The position numbers were made by a program, and so were the translations under genes. A stretch of DNA of 64,000 nt, from positions 8,521-72,520 of the forward strand of contig DPKG01000014.1 of NCBI GenBank assembly GCA_003542615.1, given 5' to 3'. The notes beneath the pieces were generated by a model. It ran no database searches, was not told where the DNA came from, and saw only the letters and a program-made list of their open reading frames with translations. The number at the start of each line of letters is the position of its first letter. Within the stretch, counting starts at the first letter, position 1. This DNA comes from Candidatus Shapirobacteria bacterium. Its GTDB lineage: Bacteria > Patescibacteriota > Microgenomatia > UBA12405. Positions 1 through 9,060 of the stretch are shown piece after piece.

Positions 1-17
1 AAGGTTAATAAATTAAC

Positions 18-1292
18 ATGAATAAAAAGAAAAAAATGATAAATCTAAAAAAATTTGAGAAAGAATTAGTGGAAGCAGCTCGATTTCAGGATAATTATGA
101 TTTTCAAACAATAAACTTAATTGCGCCAGCTAGCCCAACTCCTTTAAAATATTTAAATACGACATTAAGGCATAATGCAATTGCAGAAGGCTTGTTGGGT
201 CATAGACCTTACGCTGGAGCGGAAGGATTTAATCGAATTGAAGAAATAGCCTGCAGGTTGGCTTGTCAACAGTTTGGAGCTGACCATGCTAATGTACAAC
301 CTCACTCGGTAAGCCAGGCAAATCAAGCTGTTTATCAAGCATTACTATTAAATGGTGACAAAGTTTTAGCTATGAAATTTAGCGACGGAGGACACTTGAC
401 TCATGGTCTAAAAATAAATTTTTCTGGAAGATTTTTTAATTTTAACTTTTACGGTACGGGAAAAGATGGAAGACTTGATTACAAAGCAATCGAAAAACAA
501 GCAGTTGAATTTAAACCAAAACTAATTGTATGTGGTGCTTCTTCGTACCCAAGAGAAATTGATTTTAAAAAACTAAAGAAAATTGCAGCAAAAGTAGGGG
601 CTTATTTAATGGCGGATTTGTCACATCCTGCTGGATTAGTGGTTGCCAATAAGTTTCCCCAGCCTTTTCCCTCCTGTGACGTAGTAACTTTGACTTTAGA
701 TAAAACTATGTTGGGACCTCATGGTGGAATTATTTTGTGTAAAAAAGAACTTGAGCAAACAATAGATAAAGCTGTTCATCCAGGAACACAGTCAAGCGTA
801 CCTTTGAGACGAATATTTGAAATGGCTCAATGCTTATTAGACACAGCTAAACCATGGTTTTTAAAATACATAGACCGACTTCTGATAAATATGAAAGTTT
901 TTGAAGAAGTATTTAACAAACTCCCCGGGTTAATGGTGACGGGAGGGAGTGACACTCATTTAATGGTCTTGAATACTTATAATGTTTTGGGACTAACAGG
1001 AAAAGATTCAGAGGAAATACTAGAGAAAATTGGTATATTAACTAATAGACAAGTAGTACCAGGCGACACATTGAAGCCATATGTTGCCAGTGGAATCAGA
1101 TTGGGAGCAACTTGGATTACAGCAAGAGGTTATCGGCCCGAAGAGGTAAATCTTATCGGTAAAATAATTCTAAAGAATTTAACAAACCCGAATGATAAAA
1201 AAATTCAAAAAGAATCGAAAGCAAAATTGGAAAATCTATTATGGGTTAAAAGAAAAAATGATGTTTGGAAAGATGAAACCACCACGATATAG
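18..1292 (+). CDS. glyA: serine hydroxymethyltransferase
   Basis: 424 aa; SHMT-like conservation along the whole length, including the PLP-region 'FSDGGHLTHG', at the expected size. Confidence 0.9.
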   Translation: MNKKKKMINLKKFEKELVEAARFQDNYDFQTINLIAPASPTPLKYLNTTLRHNAIAEGLLGHRPYAGAEGFNRIEEIACRLACQQFGADHANVQPHSVSQANQAVYQALLLNGDKVLAMKFSDGGHLTHGLKINFSGRFFNFNFYGTGKDGRLDYKAIEKQAVEFKPKLIVCGASSYPREIDFKKLKKIAAKVGAYLMADLSHPAGLVVANKFPQPFPSCDVVTLTLDKTMLGPHGGIILCKKELEQTIDKAVHPGTQSSVPLRRIFEMAQCLLDTAKPWFLKYIDRLLINMKVFEEVFNKLPGLMVTGGSDTHLMVLNTYNVLGLTGKDSEEILEKIGILTNRQVVPGDTLKPYVASGIRLGATWITARGYRPEEVNLIGKIILKNLTNPNDKKIQKESKAKLENLLWVKRKNDVWKDETTTI

Positions 1293-1950
1293 ATTTAAGT
1301 TCCCAAATACAGTTTTATTTATTAGCGGAATTCCACTTTCTGGGAAATCGACAGTAACTCCGTTAGTTGCAACAGACATTGAAGGTTGTGCTACTCAATC
1401 AATGGATATTTTCAGACTACTCTCGCAGGAATTTGAAAACAGAAAAAAGTTGTCCGACCGGAACCCATTTGTTAAGTTTGGTTCGTGCGATAGCTATCAA
1501 AATATTGGTAAAGGTGAATATACGCCAAAAAATCTAGTTATAGGATTCAACAAGTATGCCGAGGCAGTAAGTTCTTTATTACCTCTTGTATTACCAAAGT
1601 TAGAAGCGCAAGGAGTACGGGACATAATTTTTGAGGGAGTACAATTAACTCCATTGATCGTTGAACCATATCTAAGAAATAGAAACAAATTAATTATTTT
1701 AACTACAAAAGAAGAAAGATTAAATCTTAACCGAACTAAGATATTCGGAAATGATAAACAATTGTTAGAAAGATATTCTACTGACAAACTGTTTATATTG
1801 CAAAACGAGTTAATAAAACAGTCAAAACAGATTAATAATAGTTCTTTTACATTGGTTGAAAATATTGATGACTATCATATAACAGCAAATATAATTATTG
1901 ATTTTTTGGAGAAGGCAGATGTTATAGAGACGTTGACAGACAATAAATGA
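1258..1950 (+). CDS. P-loop NTPase/kinase-like protein (hypothetical)
   Basis: Walker A-like 'GIPLSGKST'. The track ORF starts at 1192 but overlaps the glyA end; an internal Met at about 1258/1261 is the more likely start. Family not resolved. Confidence 0.4.
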   Translation: MMFGKMKPPRYRFKFPNTVLFISGIPLSGKSTVTPLVATDIEGCATQSMDIFRLLSQEFENRKKLSDRNPFVKFGSCDSYQNIGKGEYTPKNLVIGFNKYAEAVSSLLPLVLPKLEAQGVRDIIFEGVQLTPLIVEPYLRNRNKLIILTTKEERLNLNRTKIFGNDKQLLERYSTDKLFILQNELIKQSKQINNSSFTLVENIDDYHITANIIIDFLEKADVIETLTDNK

Positions 1951-1952
1951 TG

Positions 1953-2631
1953 GAAAAATTAATTAAACAAATTAATGGAGACAGGGCAGAAAAGAGATAT
2001 TTTAATGAGGTATTCTTTAACCAGCTATTTTCTGCAATTTCAGTTCCATTACTTGGAATTAACCCACAATTAAAGCAAATCACTTTATAAAATATACAAA
2101 GAATCTTTCAGTAACTCAGATTTGAAGATTATAGGAGGACATTTAGCATTAATACACAGGAAATGTCAGAAATATTCTAATGTTTGGCCACTAGGAATTT
2201 TAGAGAGATACAATATCATAGAAAAGTATTCAGAATTAATAACTAGTTCTAAAGAGAGAATCGCAAGTCCCAAGATTGGATTGACGCATGGTGATTACAG
2301 ACTTAGAAATATATTGAAAGATGAAGAAAAGATTTATATTTCAGATTGGGAGTTTGGTGGACTCAATTTTATTTATTGATATTTGGCTATATTTTGGGCA
2401 GATTTTCTTCACAATCAATTCCGTAATAATTATGGCCGTCTATATTTAATAAATTTTATTGAAGGTTATATGGGTAAGAATTATTTATCTGACGATAAGC
2501 TAAATTTTTCTCTTACATTGGGGGGAGTCGATGTAGTTTTTGATCATATTAGTCCAAGAGTTGGTGAAAAAAACCTGAGTCAAATATATTGTTTGAAAAT
2601 ATTACAAAGAAAGAGATTGACTTCTTATTAG
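1953..2631 (+). pseudogene. disrupted aminoglycoside/choline-kinase family phosphotransferase (APH fold)
   Basis: Fragments carry the Brenner-like motif 'LTHGDYRLRNIL' and 'SDWEFGG' (compare APH 'HGDLHPGNIL' and 'DWEFAG'). The N-terminal piece 1953-2090 ends in TAA. Pieces 2122-2379 and 2383-2631 share a frame and are separated by a single TGA. Multiple disruptions, so a pseudogene. Confidence 0.5.
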
Positions 2632-2658
2632 ATATAAGCTCAACGAACTTGAAATGAT

Positions 2659-3723
2659 TTATAAATTACCAATGGCTATTGCCAATTGACGAACTTCTTC
2701 ATTATTTAATCGGCTAAACGGTTTACTCAAAATTTCCATTGGTAGACCGATTCTGGCAACTAAAGTACCAATTTCCCCAGTTAATTCGTTGTTCACACTT
2801 CTATGACCTACTGGTAATTTATTTAAATCAATAGCCATTCTTTTTAACTCAACATTTATTTGTCTCCTTTCATATCGGTGCGACAAGTCTTTCCTTAATT
2901 GTTTTCCCATCTCCGAACCCGAAGAAAATCCATTTAACACTTTGGCTAGGGTTAGACTTTCTTTTTGGCTTAAAATTATTCTCTTTCTCAATTGAAATCC
3001 GTACATTTTTCCATCTTCCGGATATTCTTTCGGTGACAATGAAATAACATCAGCGTCTGTTCTTGGTACCGGCCAAAAACTAGTTCGGGGAACATGAACA
3101 GTTCGATTGACATCAAATATTCCACAGATAAATGACAATCTAGTATATCGATCATCGTTTGGATTTCTCATGGTCATAATCGACGCCATATTGTCACCTA
3201 CTAATAATGTTATTCTTTCAATCTTATCGGATACGACAGACAAGGTTGTTAATAATGGTTCAGATATATTAAAAGGGATGTTTCCTATCACCTGATGTCT
3301 TGCTTCTCTGTCAATATTTAACCATTTTTTAAAATCAAAATTAAGGGCGTTCTGATTAACAATCTTAACATTATCAATACCTTTTAATATTTTTTCTTGT
3401 GCTTCAGCAAAATCAGGAAATATTTCCAATCCTATAACACTGCTAGCTCTTTTGGCAATTCCTTTAGTTATATTTCCAGGACCACACCCAATTTCCACCA
3501 CATCCGCACCCTCAATTGTTAAAGAGGCTACTGCTTTCACCATTGCCGGATCAACTAAAAAGTTTTGACCCAACTTTTCCACCGGTTCAAAATTCAACTC
3601 GTCTTTTAGTTGTTTTTCGCTTATAGGACTAAACGAATCTTCCTTTCTCATGACTCCCATTGTATAATAATATAGGTCATTTGTAAATACACAATTATTG
3701 AAAAATAGTTTATAATAAGCCAT
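2659..3723 (-). CDS. rRNA adenine N6,N6-dimethyltransferase family (KsgA/Dim1 or Erm-like)
   Basis: 'QNFLVD' motif, SAM motif I 'VVEIGCGPGNITK', 'NIPFNISEPLL'. About 50 aa longer than typical KsgA at the C-terminus. The annotated start codon overlaps the start of the divergent 3722 gene (CATG), so the true start is probably an internal Met near 3660. Confidence 0.75.
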   Translation of the reverse strand: MAYYKLFFNNCVFTNDLYYYTMGVMRKEDSFSPISEKQLKDELNFEPVEKLGQNFLVDPAMVKAVASLTIEGADVVEIGCGPGNITKGIAKRASSVIGLEIFPDFAEAQEKILKGIDNVKIVNQNALNFDFKKWLNIDREARHQVIGNIPFNISEPLLTTLSVVSDKIERITLLVGDNMASIMTMRNPNDDRYTRLSFICGIFDVNRTVHVPRTSFWPVPRTDADVISLSPKEYPEDGKMYGFQLRKRIILSQKESLTLAKVLNGFSSGSEMGKQLRKDLSHRYERRQINVELKRMAIDLNKLPVGHRSVNNELTGEIGTLVARIGLPMEILSKPFSRLNNEEVRQLAIAIGNL

Positions 3724-4672
3724 GATTCAAAGTGAATTGTCTTCAAAAGTTGAAAATATCGCCCAAAAATTAGAATTACGCCAATTAGTCGTTATTCAAT
3801 TTTTAGTGTTGATTTCTTCGAAACTTAGATACACTAGCAGGGGCTTGACAAGAAAATTAGGACTACCACAGGTACATCTTTATAGACTAATTCATGAATT
3901 TTCGGATATTTTAGAACCCAAAGATGTGAACATTGAAACCAAAAAAGATTTGACTGGAGAAATTGCTAATTATGCAAAAAAAATGTTATTAGGAATCAAA
4001 ATTAACCAAAATGCCATTAAAGAAATGATAAATAAATATCAAAAAAATAGACCAAAACCAGACCGCAATTTAGATCAATTCAACGCCACCATGGCAACAA
4101 CGGTTAAAAGAGTTACTAAGTTAGCCAGTAACGGAGACTTAGTCGGCAAAGAAATTGCTTTTTTAGGAGACGATGATTTGGTTTCAATCGGGGTGGCCCT
4201 AACCCATCAATGTAAAAAAATAACAGTTTTCGAAATTGACGACCGATTAAATAATCTTATAATACAAATATCTCAAGAAAATAACTTAAATATTGAAGTG
4301 GTTAAACAGGATCTTCGTCAGCTTATAGATAAAAGTCACTTTGGTAAATACGATCTCGTTTTTACTGATCCTCCTTATACCAAAGGGGGAATTAATTTAT
4401 TTTTAAATCAAGCGATAAAATTAATCAAGAAAAACTTTTTAGGTCGAATTTATCTTTGCTATGGAAATAGTGATCGAGCCAGAGAAAGAGAAGTAGAAAT
4501 TCAAAAACTGATACTTGATCACAATTTAATTATTAAAACAAAACTTAATCAATTTAACAAATATTATGGGGCGGAAAGTATCGGGTCGCAAAGCTCGTTG
4601 TACATTTTAGATTGGACACCGAGTACCAAAACTGTCGAATTAAATTTTAAAAAAGTTTATACAAATGACTAA
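3722..4672 (+). CDS. DUF43/BpsA-like aminopropyltransferase (putative branched-chain polyamine synthase)
   Basis: 'FLGDDDLVSIGVAL' and 'LVFTDPPYTKGG' motifs, N-terminal winged-helix-like extension. The 3' end overlaps an AdoMet decarboxylase gene. Family assignment is from memory of the BpsA motifs and not verified. Confidence 0.45.
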   Translation: MIQSELSSKVENIAQKLELRQLVVIQFLVLISSKLRYTSRGLTRKLGLPQVHLYRLIHEFSDILEPKDVNIETKKDLTGEIANYAKKMLLGIKINQNAIKEMINKYQKNRPKPDRNLDQFNATMATTVKRVTKLASNGDLVGKEIAFLGDDDLVSIGVALTHQCKKITVFEIDDRLNNLIIQISQENNLNIEVVKQDLRQLIDKSHFGKYDLVFTDPPYTKGGINLFLNQAIKLIKKNFLGRIYLCYGNSDRAREREVEIQKLILDHNLIIKTKLNQFNKYYGAESIGSQSSLYILDWTPSTKTVELNFKKVYTND

Positions 4673-5006
4673 TTTCCCTTTTTTTCAACACTATGTTGCC
4701 AAATTAATTTTCACCAAAGAGGTGGAAATTAATGAAAAATTAACTGATCAAATTGCTAATTCATTGATTAAAAACCTTAGATTAAATGTGGTTAAACAAG
4801 GAAAACATCAGTTTACAAATAATGGTTTAACCAAATTTTGGATTTTATCCCAATCACATTTAGTTATCCACTCTTGGCCAGAAAATAACGCTCTTCACGT
4901 CGACTTAATGACCTGTAGTCCAATAGTCATTACTTCAAAAATTATTAAAGACTGTCTTTCTATATTTCCAATAAATGACATCTCTGTGACAAAGCTGAAA
5001 TATTAA
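4665..5006 (+). CDS. speH: S-adenosylmethionine decarboxylase proenzyme, small SpeH class
   Basis: 113 aa; 'SHLVIHSWPENNALHVDLMTCS' matches the AdoMetDC self-processing/active-site region (ESH...TWPE...D.FTC). Confidence 0.7.
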   Translation: MTNFPFFQHYVAKLIFTKEVEINEKLTDQIANSLIKNLRLNVVKQGKHQFTNNGLTKFWILSQSHLVIHSWPENNALHVDLMTCSPIVITSKIIKDCLSIFPINDISVTKLKY

Positions 5007-5048
5007 TCTTTTTTTATACAGTCTCATCAAATCTCATCAACAAACGGT

Positions 5049-5088
5049 GTTATAAGGATAGAAAGGTTCCAGACCCTAATGCTCCGCC
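5049..5088. repeat. conserved ~40-nt intergenic motif, copy 1 (GTTATAAGGATAGAAAGGTTCCAGACCC...CTCCGCC)
   Basis: About 30/38 identity to the copies at 9054 and 16131. Lies between the speH 3' end and a truncated HD-domain ORF. Confidence 0.6.
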
Positions 5089-5094
5089 AAAGGG

Positions 5095-5340
5095 TCAAAG
5101 TTCTATGCGGCCCACTTGGTGGCCAAGCATTGTCCTAACCTGTTGGTGTTTATTCCCTAATTTCAACATTTTTCGATTTAACGGCCTGTGATAGGTGAAT
5201 TTAGCAATTTTTTGGCAATAACTCATTACCCGTATTCCATGGTTTAATCGAAAGCCGTAGCCACCACCAAATTCCCAAACGTTTTGAAAAAGTTGTTTGT
5301 ATTCTGCTTTTAATTTACTTAATAATTCGGTATTTTCCAT
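5095..5340 (-). pseudogene. truncated HD-domain phosphohydrolase (N-terminal ~80 aa only)
   Basis: 'FRLNHGIRVMSYCQKIAK' resembles the first His region of HD domains. The ORF stops before the HD dyad; downstream sequence runs directly into motif copy 1. Confidence 0.4.
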
Positions 5341-5356
5341 ATGTTAAGATCATATC

Positions 5357-5971
5357 ATGAAAGTCTATTTTGTCCGCCATGGTTCCACCGATTCTTTGGA
5401 AAAGAAAATCAGTCAACCGAATGATGAGCCACTAAATCAAAAAGGTCTTAATCAAGCGAAAGGGCTGGCAGAAAGATTTGCAAAAACACAATTAGACTTG
5501 ATTGTTTCGAGTTCTCATCTTCGGGCAGTTCAAACAGCCAAAGCCATAAATGAGGAAATCCAGATTAGTGAATTATTCGTCGAAGTACGAAAACCTAGTG
5601 AGGTAATCGGTCGATCAAAAGAGGATGGAGAAATAAAAGTAATTCTTCAAAGGATAAGTGAAATGTACACCAAAAATCCTAATTGGCATTATTCGGATGA
5701 AGAGAATTTTGAAGATTTGAAAAAGCGGGGAATGCAGGCTTTGGAGTTTTTGAAATCACAGAACAAAGAAAATATTTTAGTAGTTTCTCATGGTCACTTT
5801 GTGGCCTTATTATTAGGGCTGATGTTATTTGGGAAAGAATTTCCGGTTGAGGCAGCTTTACTATTCAGAAATTTTTTTAGATTTGGCAATACCGGAGTGT
5901 CTATTTGTAAATATGAGGATAATAAATGGAAACTGCAGTGTTGGAATGACACATCACACTTACTGGAGTAA
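5357..5971 (+). CDS. histidine phosphatase superfamily protein (phosphoglycerate-mutase-like)
   Basis: N-terminal 'VYFVRHGST' (RHG catalytic motif); C-terminal 'VVSHGHF' second His motif. Confidence 0.7.
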   Translation: MKVYFVRHGSTDSLEKKISQPNDEPLNQKGLNQAKGLAERFAKTQLDLIVSSSHLRAVQTAKAINEEIQISELFVEVRKPSEVIGRSKEDGEIKVILQRISEMYTKNPNWHYSDEENFEDLKKRGMQALEFLKSQNKENILVVSHGHFVALLLGLMLFGKEFPVEAALLFRNFFRFGNTGVSICKYEDNKWKLQCWNDTSHLLE

Positions 5972-5975
5972 GGAT

Positions 5976-6497
5976 TCAAAAAAAATCTTTGGCATGTTTC
6001 GTTAATTGTTCAAAGTCGTCATAGTCATGAGTATTATTACCGGTATTTTTTATCAGATGATAATCAGCTGGGTTATTTTCTTTAAGGACCTTTACGAGAT
6101 CAGCAAAACTAAATAAAAAATCAAACTCATTTTGAATAAACATGGCGGGAATAGTCAATGACTTTAAATAATCATTGATGGGGAAGTTCATTTCTTTGGC
6201 TAAATTATATGGATGGCCGCAAATTATTATCTTTTTGGGACTAATTATTTTTTCATAAATACTTTTTAGAGCCAGAACTGAACCGATGGACTTGGCAAAG
6301 ACAAAATAATCTCTTTTGTCTTTAAGCAACTCTGTTAATTTTTCCGATTCTTTTTGAAGATTTATCCATTTGTCTCCGGTTTGCCAGTGATCGTAATACA
6401 GAATTTGACCGTCTGAAAATTTATCAAATTCTGCTTTAACTTCTTCAATCCAGATTTTATTATTTAGGCTATTACCGGCGAGATAAATGATGTGCAT
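5976..6497 (-). CDS. alpha/beta-hydrolase-like protein (YqiA/esterase-like), hypothetical
   Basis: 173 aa; 'IIYLAGNS' N-terminus and 'AKSIGS' near-nucleophile-elbow. Weak. Confidence 0.3.
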   Translation of the reverse strand: MHIIYLAGNSLNNKIWIEEVKAEFDKFSDGQILYYDHWQTGDKWINLQKESEKLTELLKDKRDYFVFAKSIGSVLALKSIYEKIISPKKIIICGHPYNLAKEMNFPINDYLKSLTIPAMFIQNEFDFLFSFADLVKVLKENNPADYHLIKNTGNNTHDYDDFEQLTKHAKDFF

Positions 6498-6633
6498 TTA
6501 TAGGGTAATTATATACTAGATTCGGTAAAGTATAGTTTGAGTAACAAACTTGTTTAATTTAGATCATCGTTTTAATACACTCCTTTAAACGGTGTTATAA
6601 AACCATCAAACTTCCACCTACAAGTTCAAGTTT

Positions 6634-6789
6634 TTAGTAGTCGGTACCGGTAAAAGGACATTCCCCATATTGATTGGATGGACCGGTAGAATTTTCACCC
6701 ACTAACTGATCCCCGCCTGCAAGTACGGACTGGGCAGAAAAAATAAAAACAACTGAAAATATGAACAAGGACAATATAATTTTTTTCAT
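6634..6789 (-). CDS. small secreted peptide precursor (51 aa), not in ORF track
   Basis: Manual translation gives MKKIILSLFIFSVVFIFSAQSVLA|GGDQLVGENSTGPSNQYGECPFTGTDY: a signal peptide followed by a 27-aa Gly/Thr-rich peptide. Sits in an otherwise unexplained 430-nt intergenic gap. Confidence 0.3.
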   Translation of the reverse strand: MKKIILSLFIFSVVFIFSAQSVLAGGDQLVGENSTGPSNQYGECPFTGTDY

Positions 6790-6927
6790 AAAATAAAAAT
6801 TAATAAGCTACTATTAATACGAAAAGGTAAAGGTTTTATTACAAATAGAAAATTGACTGGAAAAATTGCTTTAGGAGAAAGTTGATTTATTCGTATGGTA
6901 TTGTAACAATAGTTTACAATACCTAAT

Positions 6928-7557
6928 ATGGCTATAAGAAAAAAACTAATCAAAAGACTTAAAAGAATACAGGAGGAATTGAATATTCCCCATATTCCAA
7001 TTACGAGACTGGAAAATCTCAGTATTGAAACCAGAAAAGCCTTTGATGAATCAATCAAATACTTGATGGTTAAGCGCGGTTTGTTTAAAAAAGTTAAGGT
7101 AAGACGGGATTATTTGAAACTATGGCGTCACAGAGAGAATCAGATAGTTTTGCCGATTAACTGGCGATATATTTTGAGCATACCCTTTATTTATGGGATG
7201 ATTGTGCCGGCAATTGTGTGGAATTTAGGACTGGAAATTTATCATCAAATTTGTTTCCGGCTTTATGGAATTCCACTGGTTGATGCGGAAAAATACTTTA
7301 TTTATGACCGACAATTAATGTCATATTTAAACTGGTGGGAAAAAATAAATTGTTATTATTGTTCGTATGTAAACAACCTGATTAGTTACAGTTCTGAAAT
7401 TGGCGGAAGAACCGAGCGTTATTGGTGTCCGATTAAATATTTCAGACGGGTAAATAATGCCCATTCTCAATATCCGAAATTTATTGACGGGAAAAACAAA
7501 GATGAGATTTATGAAAAGTGGGGTTTGCTTCGTAATTTTTCTGATATTGATAAATAG
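6928..7557 (+). CDS. hypothetical membrane protein
   Basis: 209 aa, two predicted TM segments, Cys cluster 'CYYCSY...C'. No family recognised. Confidence 0.4.
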   Translation: MAIRKKLIKRLKRIQEELNIPHIPITRLENLSIETRKAFDESIKYLMVKRGLFKKVKVRRDYLKLWRHRENQIVLPINWRYILSIPFIYGMIVPAIVWNLGLEIYHQICFRLYGIPLVDAEKYFIYDRQLMSYLNWWEKINCYYCSYVNNLISYSSEIGGRTERYWCPIKYFRRVNNAHSQYPKFIDGKNKDEIYEKWGLLRNFSDIDK

Positions 7558-7591
7558 AGAGACGGTGACAGTGGATTAAAATATTGATAAG

Positions 7592-8155
7592 ATGATAGTA
7601 ATGAATGATGAGGAGAAAAAAGTAAATCCAACAGAAGAAATAACCGATGACGGGATGGAGGAAAAAGTATTAATGGTTTGGGAAGCGGCTGAGAGAGCGT
7701 TTAAGAGAAGGGATAGGGATTTTTGGATAACGGCTATTGCGATATTGGTATTAGTGGGAGTGATATTTTTTATGATTGGAGAATTTTTTCTGGTGATTGC
7801 ACTGGCATCGATTTTATTTTTGGCATATGTACTTTCGACGGTACCTCCGGAGAATGTGGTCTGTAAAATTACAAATAGGGGGATATATTTCGGAGATTCG
7901 CATTATGGTTGGGACTTGTTGGAAAGGTTTTGGTTTAAAAAATCTTTGGATAGTGACGCGGTATTTTTTGAGACTAGGTTGAGATTTCCCAGACAGGTAT
8001 CGATGATAATCGATAAGTCAAGTGAAGAGAAAATTAAAGAAATTGTTATAAAGAGAATTCCGATGATGGAAAGTTCACCTTCAACAGTTGATAAGCTGAC
8101 CAATTGGTTTGCCCAAAGATTGCCTTTGGAGGATAGAAAGGAAAAATCCGAATAA
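7592..8155 (+). CDS. hypothetical membrane protein
   Basis: 187 aa with a central double-TM hairpin. Confidence 0.4.
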   Translation: MIVMNDEEKKVNPTEEITDDGMEEKVLMVWEAAERAFKRRDRDFWITAIAILVLVGVIFFMIGEFFLVIALASILFLAYVLSTVPPENVVCKITNRGIYFGDSHYGWDLLERFWFKKSLDSDAVFFETRLRFPRQVSMIIDKSSEEKIKEIVIKRIPMMESSPSTVDKLTNWFAQRLPLEDRKEKSE

Positions 8156-8197
8156 AGAAGAAATTGAAGGATTTTTGAGGTATAATTCAACATTATT

Positions 8198-8269
8198 GCG
8201 CCCATAGTTTAATGGATAGAATAGCGGTTTGCGGAACCGTTGATCCGGGTTCGATTCCTGGTGGGCGCA
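8198..8269 (+). tRNA. tRNA-Arg (anticodon read as GCG; anticodon assignment uncertain)
   Basis: 72 nt cloverleaf: acceptor GCGCCCA/TGGGCGC, T-arm CCGGGTTCGATTCCTGG. The D-arm is nearly identical to the tRNA-Arg(CCG) at 13100. Anticodon loop TTGCGGA. A TATAAT box lies at about 8181. Confidence 0.65.
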
Positions 8270-8299
8270 CATATTAAAGCCATTGTTTTGGTGAATTTT

Positions 8300-8383
8300 G
8301 GAGGGTTGGCCGAGTGGTTTATGGCGCACGCTTCGAAAGCGTGTGGGCGAAAGCCCGCAGAGGTTCAAATCCTCTACCCTCCG
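8300..8383 (+). tRNA. tRNA-Ser (anticodon CGA)
   Basis: Acceptor GGAGGGT/ACCCTCC, anticodon loop TTCGAAA, long variable arm TGGGCGAAAGCCCGC, T-arm GAGGTTCAAATCCTC. No encoded CCA. Confidence 0.8.
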
Positions 8384-8388
8384 CTAAA

Positions 8389-9060
8389 ATGATAAATCTA
8401 AAAGATAAACTTTCCCACATCATTACTTCAAGGCCAGATGTAATTCAGTTTGCCAAAGACAGGAAGTATGAAGAGGCATGGATTATTAAATTAAGTGACA
8501 AAAAGCCAACTGAAGTAGACATTGAAAGATATTTAAAAAAAGACAAGTTTGAAACGATAATTGTTGAATATATTTGGAATTCCCAAGACGATAATAATCG
8601 GTTTGTTTTGACTTTGTTTCTTGACAAAAAATGTAAACTTCAGGACCCAAAGAAATTTATCGAGATATCGTTAGATCTTTTCTATACTTATTCTAATTTC
8701 GAGGATTTTTTGAACATTATTGATAATCAGATTATTGGATCGGAATATTTACTGTTAAATCAAACTGACTCGATAAATTTAGGTGTTTTTAATTATTGGC
8801 TGTCGGTAGGACCAGTTGATCTATGGAGTAAAAAAGAAATATATGACTTTGAAAAAATTAAATCAAAAATAAAAACACGACCGGAAATTGAAAGAACAGA
8901 TCTAAACTATCAAGGATTGTTGTTTAGGTTTAACGTAAGTGGAATTCTTGATGGTCCTTATTATGGAATTAAAACCCCGTGTTGTAACAAAATTGGAAAT
9001 GATTGGGTGATAGACTTTGATAAAGTTGAATATTGGACTAAATTGATGTTAGGGATATAA
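8389..9060 (+). CDS. hypothetical protein (224 aa) directly abutting tRNA-Ser(CGA)
   Basis: The track ORF 8314-9060 has a false N-terminus that translates the tRNA. The first ATG is 5 nt after the tRNA 3' end. No recognisable domain. Confidence 0.45.
   Translation: MINLKDKLSHIITSRPDVIQFAKDRKYEEAWIIKLSDKKPTEVDIERYLKKDKFETIIVEYIWNSQDDNNRFVLTLFLDKKCKLQDPKKFIEISLDLFYTYSNFEDFLNIIDNQIIGSEYLLLNQTDSINLGVFNYWLSVGPVDLWSKKEIYDFEKIKSKIKTRPEIERTDLNYQGLLFRFNVSGILDGPYYGIKTPCCNKIGNDWVIDFDKVEYWTKLMLGI

Noticed and set aside
5043-6602. 14-nt exact direct repeat AAACGGTGTTATAA at about 5043 and about 6589, flanking a 1.5 kb segment
   Set aside because: Exact 14-mers are expected by chance several times in 64 kb of AT-rich DNA. 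There is no target-site-duplication context, so I do not count it as a mobile-element boundary.
8160-8190. Sigma-70 promoter upstream of the tRNA-Arg/tRNA-Ser pair
   Set aside because: A TATAAT box is present at about 8181 but no convincingly spaced -35 element. Too weak to list as a feature.
8314-8388. 5' part of track ORF 8314-9060 (MVYGARFESVWAKARRGSNPLPSAK...)
   Set aside because: This stretch is the translation of tRNA-Ser(CGA). The real CDS starts at the internal ATG, about 8389.
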